Positions 12,239 through 23,500 of a stretch of 64,000 nt of DNA are shown in pieces. Numbering within the stretch: position 1 is the stretch's first letter; every line of letters starts with the position of its first letter. The notes beneath the pieces are model-generated. The model made no database searches. It was not told the origin of the DNA and saw only the letters and a list, made by a program, of their open reading frames with translations. The stretch lies in the NCBI GenBank assembly GCA_012295275.1, contig CM022679.1, forward strand, positions 30,194,001 through 30,258,000, given 5' to 3'. This DNA is from Chrysomallon squamiferum (taxonomy: Eukaryota; Animalia; Mollusca). Made by a program: the position numbers and the translations under genes.

Positions 12239-15200
12239 AATTTGTTATATATTAATTATTATACATTCAAAAATATTGGTAATTAATTTTAAAAGTTGTA
12301 TATAAAATTGTTGAAAAATACAGAATTAAAAATGAGGCTAAAATATTTAATTACAAAAACTTTTAATACAGTATTACAGAAACAATTATTAATGTTAAGG
12401 TAGAGTTGAGTTGTAAATATCTTTTAAAAAAAACACATTAATAGATTTATGTCTGAATAAATCAAATAATATATTAAATAATACTCTTGCCTATTTTAAC
12501 CATTTTTATTTTTGTTCAACTTGTTGCAGAGCAAGCAAGATGATTATGATGAAGAACTTGAAAAACAAAAAGAGACAGGAGCTTTTGAAAATTTTGCACT
12601 TTCCAAGGATACAATAAAAAAGTTAAAAAGTAAGGGACATAACTTCCAGAATTCTGTGAAGTAAATTTTATCATTATTTACAATTAGTAGTGAACAGGTT
12701 TGTATGTTGATTCAGATTGCAAAAACTCCTATTATTAAGTAAGAAAGTATTTCATTAAAAAAAAATATATTTTTATTAAGCTTCCTTTCAAAATGTTTTC
12801 ATATTTTACTTTACTTTGTATGTTGATTCAGATTGCAAAAACTCCTATTATTAAGTAAGAAAGTATTTCATTAAAAAAAAATATATTTTTGTTAAGCTTC
12901 CTTTCAAAATGTTTTCATATTTTACTTTACTGCAACCAATTTTTTTTAATTACACTGCATATTATTTGCTTCATTTAATTTTTGTTGTTTTTATTTTAAT
13001 TTTTAGAACGATCAATAAACTATCTGTTTCCAATCCAGGCAAAAACATTTAATGCTATACTTGAGGGCAAAGATGTCATTGCCAGAGCTCGTAAGTGTAT
13101 TTGAATTTAATTTCTTATTGTAGCATTAATTTTCTTAATAATGCTACTTCTAATAACTGGGAATAACCCATGTATTTTATTATTTTTGATACATTATAAA
13201 GTTTTTTTCTTTATTCAAAATAGTTAAAGAATAGTTATAAAAATGTAATTATTATCCTAAAATCCAGTACTGATTCACTGTTTCTGTTATGCTGTTTATT
13301 TAAAAAAAAAAATACATGACCAGGTGGTGGGGAAATACTCTTGAAACATAGCTGTTAAGAAAAACTGACAATATAAGTATTTACTTAAACTTTTCATGAG
13401 TTTCTAGTATTCTCTTGCTGAGAATAGGAAGATGATGCAGTAGATTAAATATGTACAAAAATGTATTCACTTGGTTTCCCAATATGGTTTTAATATTTGG
13501 TCTATTCTTTCAGGAACCGGAACTGGAAAAACAGTAAGTATTAGAACATACATGGTGTACTGTACTGAAAGACTGTAACCTGACAGACTGTTAGAACTTT
13601 AAAGCTTCAGTGTAATTTTCAGTAACTGAAAAAACAAATCACACTTAAACAAACACACGCACGCACACAGAAACATTTCAAGTGTTTATTCTTTTCCTTT
13701 GTGGTGGTGATTTTTATTTTTATCTGGTATTTGAGGTCTAGAGTCACCTGTTTGACTTGACAGTGACTTGTGGGTGCTAAAGATCTCAAACATTAATTTT
13801 TCAATGACTATGTCCCAGTCACCATCAACTTGTTGGTGAATGGATGCCTTATTTTGATACAGAATCACTGAATTTGAAAGAAGAATTTTTTTTTTTTTTT
13901 TTTTTTTTTTGTCATCAGTAATGTCTCATTTGAGTTAAAACACAATTAAGATACCATGTTGTTAGAAATGTATGATTCTCAACTGTATCCTTAATAAGTT
14001 TTATATTCTCACTAGAAGAAGAAGGTATTTCTGTGTTTATTCTTTTGTGTAGCCTTTACAGTAAAAGAAACCTTGCTGCTAATCATGTATGATGTAAATA
14101 ATATTGTCATAAGTCAGATTACAAAATGAAATATTAAAAAAAATCCTTTAACATGAGAGAAATATATTCAGTTGTCATCTGCAAGCAGTTGTAAACTGCA
14201 TTAGTACTGTTCAGTTTAACTAAACAACTCATACCTAATAACTACTAAAATAAAAATAAACAAATTATTATTAAAAATTTAAAATCATTTAAAATTTTCA
14301 TTACTTACAATACAAGTTGATAATAAAACAAAGCTTTGCATATATCAGATAAAGATAATTAAGAAAATATTGTGTATTTGTTCTTATGCATGCATGTGAA
14401 AATGGTTTGATGTACTATAAATCTGAGGTCTAGAGTCACCTGTTTGACTTGACAGTGACTTGTGGGTGCTAAAGATCTCAAACATTAATTTTTCAATAAC
14501 TATGCTCCAGTCACCATTAACTTGTTGCTGAATGGATGCCTTATTTTGATACAAACTCGGATACACTGATAAAAAAAAGAGCTAAAAATCAAATGATAGA
14601 TGAAACAAAATTAGCACTTGGAGATGAGTTATTGTCAGTTTTGAATCTCAGCAGTATTTTGTTATCAGAAAAATGTCTAATGTGGAGGATGCTGTTTAGT
14701 GGCAGTAAGTTTCTTAACTGGTTACAGAAACTTTCCTAATCAGTGCACTAATTTCCATTTCCAAAAAGTATTTTAAAGGAAAAATATCACTTGTTGGTTA
14801 AATGTGTGATTGCATAGGGTTTCCTTTCTCGTATCATTTTTATAATTAAATTACAGATAACCTGGTAATTTTAGATAGTAAAACATTGAAAGTAACACCT
14901 TTTTAATTGTATATTGGTTTGTTTTTAACACAATACATTTATTGTAAGAACAGTTTTAAAGTATTGTTTAATCCAAAATGCAGAGAAATTTGAATTATAT
15001 AAAACTAAGAAATACACAAGTTGCATAATACAAAACAGTAAAAATAGAAATAAAATGGGGCATTACTTGTCCTGTATGTATTTAAAGATTCAATCCTAGT
15101 TAATAGTTGTTAATGTTAATTTTCAGTTTAATATAGCATCCACAACAGAAGATCAATCATGGAAATAAAATGCTATATCGCTGTAAATTGAACATTGTAA

Positions 15201-17507
15201 ATATCTTTTGGGTTGTTAAAATTTCTAAGATATTTGTAAATATCTGTATCTGTTTTTTATTTGTTCATGTATTTGAGGTCTAGAGTCACCTGTTTGACTT
15301 GACAGTGACTTGTGGGTGCTAAAGATCTCAAACATTAAATTTTTCAACAACTATGCTCCAGTCACCAACTCGTTGCTGAATGGATGCCTTATTTTGATAC
15401 AACACTTCCAAGAATACTACAGGTACTAAAATACCCAGGAAATGTTGAGTTGAAATCGGTATTCATTGAGTAAAGCAAGTTTATTTTGAATTTCTAAACA
15501 ACCAGTAGTTCATTCTCTTGCATCAGAGATTCAGAACGGACATATTAAAGTTTCGTGCTAGCATCTGTTAAAAATGTACACATGCTTTCATCCTAACCAG
15601 TGAGTTGATTTCTTAAACAGAAGAACATTACCGATAATATTTGTTTGTTTTTTAATTAAGAAATTTCAGTATAAATATTGTTTATTGCTACAAAAATAAT
15701 GAAATATTCTTTGTAATACAAAGGCCTGGCCAAAACACTTTCATCTGAAATAAACTTAAAAGAATAATTGTCAAAAATTGTGGATGATAAATAGTGCATC
15801 AGAAAATGGATTGTAAAAATGTTTTGCTTTTACATAATATATCTATTTATACAGTTGAGTTCTAGAGTCACCTGTTTGACTTGACAGTGACTTGTGGGTG
15901 CTAAAGATCTCAAACATTAATTTTTCAACAACTATGCTCCAGTCACCACCAACTTGTTGATGAATGGATGCCTTATTTTGATACAAAATAACAGTTCTAA
16001 AAAAACACAAAAAAAATCTATAAAACATAAATTGTGTAAGTTTTATATTGTTCTGGCCACTGACACATCAAAATCAGATATTTGTGCTTTTAATTCTCTG
16101 GTGGTTTAGCCTTTGCTATAAAACAAATCAAGTAAATAATTTCTCTCAAGTTGGATTACAATGAAGATATATTAAAACATCATTTAAAAAAAATATATTG
16201 GGTTGTCATCAGTAAGCAGTTATTCAGTTACACTGCTTTTAGTATTATTCAGAATTGTTAAACTCGTACCTACGTAACCTAGAAAGTATTAAAATAAAAA
16301 ATTAAACCAAATTTTTGTTAAACAATTAAGTTTAAAATTTGCGTTACTTGAAATACAACTAGATAATAAAGCATAAAGTGCTGCATGCATCAGATAAAGA
16401 AAAAGGATTTATTTGTGTTTGAGGTCTAGAGTCACCTGTTTGACTTGACAATGACTTGTGGGTGCTAAAGATCTCAAACATTAAATTTTCAATGACTGCC
16501 CCAGTCACCATTAACTTGTTGATGAATGGATGCCTTATTTTGATAGTTAGTCAAATTTGAAAAAAAAATGGGTACTAAAATATCAGTAACGTGTTTTTTC
16601 TGTTTCTTTGTTGTTGAAATTGGTAAAAGTTTTATTTTGATTTCTAACAAACGACCTATAGTTAGTTCTGTGGATCTGTCTGCATCTTAGCTGGTGATAG
16701 AAACATACAGGAATATATCCAGATAGATTAGTGATTCAGTTTTTGTGCTAGCATTTGTTAAAATGTACACATGTAAAATAGCTTTATCCTAAGCAGTGAG
16801 TTGGTTTGTTAATCGGAAGAACATGTCCAGTATTTTTAACTTAAGAAAATTCTGGGTAAATATTTTTTACTGCTGCAAGATAATAAAATATTGTTCAAAG
16901 TCTGGCCAAAACTCTTTAATCAGAAATGGACACTTTAAATAACTATTATGAAATGTTGGGGATTATAAATTGTATATCAGAAACCAGAATATATTCCTGT
17001 TTTGACATATTAAACTTAAGTATTGTCTTTATTATATATTTGAGATCTAGAGTCACCTGTTTGACTTGACAGTGACTTGTGGGTGCTAAAGATCTCAAAC
17101 ATTAATTCTTCAATGACTATGCCCCAGTCACCATCAACTTGTTGGTGAATGGATGCCTTATTTTGATACAGTCACATAACAGCTCTGAGAAAATGGACTA
17201 CAGGTACTAAAATATGCAGTAAATGTTTTTTCATTATTGTTATTTTAGTTGAAATCGGTATTCATTCAGTAAAATAAGTTCATTTTGAGTCTTATGAATA
17301 AGCTATAATTCAGTGTAAGCATCTGTTCAGCTGGATCAGTGATTCAGAACTGACACAAGAAAGTTTTGTGCTAGCTTTTATTAAAATGTATACATATACA
17401 ATAGTTTCATCCTAACCAGTGAGTTGATTTTTATGCAGAATAATTGTTCAGTGGATAAATAATAAAGCAGAAATGTGAATGTAAAAATATATTAGTTTTC
17501 ACTGTGT

Positions 17508-17539
<32 letters not shown>

Positions 17540-20500
17540 CTGAGATCTAGAGTCACCTGTTTGACTTCACAGTGACTTGTGGGTGCTAAAGATCTCAAAC
17601 ATTAATTCTTCAATTACTATGTCCCAGTCACCACCAACTTGTTGCTGAATGGATGCCTTATTTTGATACAGACTTGTATAACACTTCTTAGAAAATGGGT
17701 TTTAGGTCCTGAAATATCCAGTAAATGTTTTTTTTTATTATTATTATTATTATTCCAGTTGTAATCAGTATTCATTCAGTAAAGCAAGTTTATTTTGAGG
17801 TTCTAATGAACAGGTTTTTGCTAATCACAGGATCACACAGGAGTATATCCATTTAGATCAGTGATTCAGAACTGACACAAAAGACTGTACTAGCTTTTGT
17901 TAAGATGTACATTATGTACAATAGTTTTATCCTAACCAGTGAGCTAATTTTTATACAGAATTATATAACAATTGTTTAACAGATAAATAATATAGCAGAA
18001 ACATGAATATAAAAATAGTATTAGTTTTCATTGTGTATTGTATATATATGTGTATATATATTTGAGTTCTAGAGTCACCTGTTTGACTTGACAGTGACTT
18101 GTGGGTGCTAAAGATCTCAAACATTAATTCTTCAACAACTATGCTCCAGTCACCACCAGCTTGTTGGTGAATGGATGCCTTATTTTGATACAAACTAACA
18201 GTTCTAAGATTTACAAGAAATTGTTTTAATTTAGATGAATTCACTACTCACTGAGTAAAACAAGTTTATTTTGAGATTCCTGCAAACAACAGGTATTTCA
18301 CTATTTGCAACTTTCTGAATCTTAGCTTTCTGAATCATACAGGAATATATCCAGTTAGATCAGTGATTCATAACTGGCATGTTAAAATTCTGGACTAGCA
18401 TTTTTTGAAATGTACACATGTACAGTATTTTAATCCAAACAAGTGAGTTGGTTTCTTGTATAGAATGCAGTTAAGTGGATAAACAGTATAGGATAAATGT
18501 AAATATAAAGATGGTTCAGTTTATTAAAGTTGTGTATTTTGTGCATATATTTATATATTTGAGGTCTAGAGTCACCTGTTTGACTTGACATTGACTTGTG
18601 GGTGCTAAAGATCTCAAACATTAATTTTTCAACAACTATGCTCCAGTCACCAACTTGTTGCTGAATGGATGCCTTATTTTGATACAAACTTGTATAACCA
18701 ATCAAAGAAAATGAGTTGCAGGTTCTGAAATTTCCATTATCTCTGAACCTTATTTTGATAGTTTTATGTGTAAAGTGTTTGATGATGATGTTGATTTGCA
18801 CTGTCCTGTTTGTTAAAACTTGCTCTTGCATTACAAAGAAATTGTATACAAACATACAGCTCTATGAGATTAATGATACAAATTATCTTCTGAATGCTAA
18901 TATGGGGCCTATATACTAAGGTTCAGTGTAGACTAAAGAGGTGCTTTTATGGCCACCTGTCAAAAAAACTAAATTGACAGCAGTCTGTATAAACCAGTGA
19001 TTATATATATCCACTAGAGAAGTAAACACAACACAAGTTACGGTGTGTTAATTATTTAATTATGATACAAATGATAATACACAGTAAAACAATCAATAAA
19101 ACATGTATTTAAATATTTATTTTTTTGAAGAGCTAAGATCATGTTGGTAACCACAGGAAGTGTTTACTGACACAGATTAACTATATATTACTCCCTATTA
19201 AATGGCTTACCATACTCTCCCATAAACAAAATGCCATTCACATTCATTCATTCTCTGCCTGACTACTAGCTATCACTTCTTGCTCTTTTTTTTTGTTATT
19301 TTATTATTAGTTTGAATTTCTGAGAAATATCATTTGGTTTTATTGTAAATATTGCATTTATAATCCCCAGCTGTCATTTGCGCTGCCTCTGGTTGAAAAA
19401 CTTAACAAGAAACTGGACAAGAAGCAAGGCCGGTATCCAAAGGTAAGATCCGCAAATTTTAATTCTGAGATTTTTTTTTTTTTAAATCTCATTGTTACTA
19501 TTAGCAACAATCCTATCCATTTTTAAGTTTAATTTTTCATCCTGTTAGAAGAATTAAATTTAGATATAAATTATACCTGTTTAAGGCCCTTTTATGGGAA
19601 AAAAATATGTATATTTTAACATGTATATATATCTAAAAATAATCTACTGGAATATTTCAGGTGTTGGTCATGGCACCAACTAGGGAACTGGCAAGACAAG
19701 TTGCAGAAGATTTCAAGTCAGTTTCCAAGTTAGACGTGCTGGTTATATATGGAGGAACTCCATATGGTCCTCAAGGTTTGAATTTTAACATCAGAAAAAT
19801 CATATATCAATTTTTAGATTTCTATATTTCTAAGATAAATCGAAAATGTGAAATGAAAAGGTTACCTCTGAATTATTTTTTTTTTTCTTCTAAAATTGTT
19901 TCGTTTAATTTTTTATTATAAATTAAATACAAGTAAACCATTTATTGTTAGTGCTGTTGCTCTCATTATTGTTATCACTGACATTTTACTTCATTATTGA
20001 AATCAACCTTTCTTGTTAATGTTTGTTTCATTTCTTTCAGAAGCTAGAAAACTAAACAAAAAAAAAAAAAAGTCTCGCATATATTTTTAGTTAATGAATT
20101 TTTTTTTTAAATTTCTTTATCCTTCAAATGATTAATTCATTTTAATTTTTTTTTTATCAGAATCGGCTCTGCTGAATGGAGTGGACGTTGTAGTTGGAAC
20201 ACCTGGACGGATTCTGGACCACGTACAAAAAGAAAATCTTGTTTTGAAGAAAATAAAGCATGTTGTGTTAGATGAAGTGGATCAGATGCTGGATATGGGT
20301 TTTGCTGATTCCGTACAAGAAATTCTAACTGGAGCATACGAGAGAGGTAAATACAGTGTGTTAAATAAGCAACACTGTAATTAATTTAATCATATTCCTA
20401 GGAAGTTAATGTTTAAATAAGCAAGACTGTAATAAATTTAATCATATTCCTAGGAAGTTAATGTTTAAATAAGCAAGACTGTAATAAACATAATCATGTT

Positions 20501-23500
20501 CTTAGGAAGTTAATGTTTAAATTTAAAGTCTTTTCTGTTAAAATTTAACGATTTTTTGTAAGATTGTATCCTGTGTTTGCTTACCAGAGGTCTTTGTATT
20601 CCATGTTCATTTGAAATGTGTAATAAATAAATAAATATAATTACAGAATTAAATATATAAATAAATAACTCAGTCAAACGTTAGTTCATTGGTATAAAAT
20701 TAATACAGACATAAATTACTCTAATAACACTATTTAAATAAGTTCAGGAGTTAATCTCTTTCTTTATTTGAAATACCATGGTTTTTCTGAAGATCCACTG
20801 AACATATTTTCATTGACTTAGCAAGTAATTGTTGTTGTAAACAGTATTTGCATATTTCTCGTAAACAGTATTGTAAACATCTGTTGTAAGCAGTGTTTGT
20901 ATATTTCAGAGAACACCAAGAAGAGACCGCAGACACTTCTGTTTTCTGCAACTGTGCCGCGCTGGGTTCTAGAAATGGCCAAGAAGTACATGAAGGGCGA
21001 CATTTTCAGAGTGGACTTAGTCGGCGAACAGAAAAACAAGACTTCCACCACAGTCAAGGTGAGAGAAAGAAATGAGACAAAAATGTGCTTTTGTTCCTCT
21101 TTGATGTGTAATGAGTCTTGGATTATGTGTGTTTCTGGTCTGGTGTGTCAGACCAGTGCATGTGTGTGCGCAGCGCATTGTTGTAGCGATGATGAAAATA
21201 CACAGTACGTTAATTTTGCTGGTAAATCACAAGTTTAACAGTGATTTTTGTACAGGAAGGAAAATGGGGGGGGGATTTATTTTGACTGATGTGAGAAAAA
21301 GCACCTTTATCATAAATAACAAATATACTTTAACACAAAATTTTTATTTTATTTTATTTTATTTTATTTTATTTTATTTTATTTTATTTTATTTTTATTT
21401 TTGGCCCTGTCTAAAAACATATTAAGTATTATCATTGTTATTTTTGTGTCACTGTTTCAGCACCTGGCTATCAAGTGCAGTTACTGGGACAGGGCTGCTA
21501 TGATTGGAGACATCCTGCAGGTGTACAGTGGGTCTCACGGCCGCGCCCTTGTCTTCTGTCAGACCAAGAAAGATGCCGATGAGCTGACGGTCAGCTCAGC
21601 CATCAAAGTCGAATCTCATGTCATGCATGGAGATGTTCCGCAGGAGAAAAGGGAAAGAGTTTTAAAGGTATTTAAACTGTTTTTATATTTTGTTGTTGCT
21701 GAGGAAGAGGGTTGTAAAACATTGGCAGAGGACTAGTATACACAATAATGGCCCACAGGAGCATTTTAAAGAGACTAGTCATGAATGTATTGAATCTAAT
21801 AATGATTTAGACATGATTAGTTATTTACTTGTTTTATCCAGTAGTAAATTATTTGTAAAATGGCTGTATGTGACTGTTGTCTATATATTTCAATGCAACA
21901 TGTACCCATAAGTAACACAAAAAAAAGTAAATGGCAATCTCAATGCATTGCCCACCCGATTTCATGTCCCTTTTTTCTTTTCTTTTTTTTCTCTCTCCAC
22001 TAGTTCATTTTTATATAATATTGCTGGATTTAAAAACCACCGATATATTTATTTAAAGTTACTGTGATATTTATTTTTAAAATGTTCACGTGCATTTGAG
22101 ATTGTTACTATTTTTAGAATTATTATTATATATATAAAGATTGATATTAAAGTTTATTTAAGGTGTTTATGGTGGTAAACTTGTGTTTTGTAGGGTTTTA
22201 AAGAAGGAAAGTACAAAGTTCTTGTTACTACCGATGTAGCAGCTCGTGGCCTTGACATTCCTGAAGTTGACCTCGTTATTCAGTGCAATCCACCAAAGGT
22301 CAGAAGTGATTTTGAGTTTATATTTAATTCTTTTATTTACAGATTTTTTAATTTCATATGATTTAAATCTTGTATGATTAATTTGTTAACTGTAACTTGT
22401 TATTTGAGTAAGCTAATGGGAAGTTGTCACATTGCCTCTCCAGTTAAATTTGTCAGAGTTTCCATCTGAATCTGATCAGCAGCTGACATACTTAAGTTGT
22501 AATAACAGAAGTGTTAAACCACATAACATAAAAATTACCAATACTTGAATGTTTAATTGTTGATGGTAGATAATTACCCATAATCATAAAAATAAACTCA
22601 ACAAATGAACAAGTGTCTAAATGATAAAGCTGCCAATTGGAGAAAAATTAAACTGTCTGTTTTTAAACTATCTTTAAACAAAGAACTATACAATATCTGA
22701 TTTTAGTTGTAATAAATAAATAAATAAATGAGAACTATTCTGATGGTTTTTGCAGGACACAGACTCGTACATACACAGGTCTGGTCGGACAGGCAGAGCA
22801 GGAAGGTCGGGTGTGTGCGTGTGTTTCTACAAACCACAGGAAGAGCAGAGTCTGCAGTTCGTAGAGCAGAAAGCTGTACGTTCAAATAACGTTTTTATCT
22901 TTGCAGTTGTAAAATCTTTGTATTGGATTTGTGTGCGTCATTGTCTTCCTCTGTTTTTGTCACTCTTTCTGTGTATCTGTTGTGTGGTGTTTATTAAATG
23001 TGATTGAGTGATCTTTAGATGTGTGAAATATATGTGAATGATTAGTTTCCTTGGAGATTTTGTTTCAAATAAAGTTACTGAAATGATTGAGATTAAATAA
23101 TTTTTTTCTTGGTTTTTGCTTATTTTCAATTTTTTTAAAATCTTTTTTGTTAAAAGGGAATAAAATTTCAAAAGATTGGACCGCCTACTCCTGAAGACTT
23201 GGTGAAGGCTGCTGCTGAAGATGCTGCCAGGTCAGTAGATGACAACACTTGCTCAGATGTTGAACAAAGATTAGAATCAAAAAATTATATATAATAAAAT
23301 AAACGTATTGAATGTGTATAAACACTGAGGTACTCTTTAAAAATCATATACTTGCATATTGGCCAACTTGAATCTAAGTATATATTTCTTTTCTTTCTTT
23401 TTTTTTTGTTTTTTTAATTATATATGACTCTTTTTTTTTCTTCTTAAAATTAAAGGAGGTTGTTTTTAAATTACAGATCCCTAGAAGATGTGTCGCCAGA

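Noticed and set aside
13686-18855. Repeated minus-strand ORFs ([20 protein letters not shown]) as a peptide family, or the array as CRISPR
   Set aside because: They are antisense translations of the RNA element with no consistent start or splice sites. The context is eukaryotic, repeats are 133 nt, spacers are long and homologous, and there are no cas genes.
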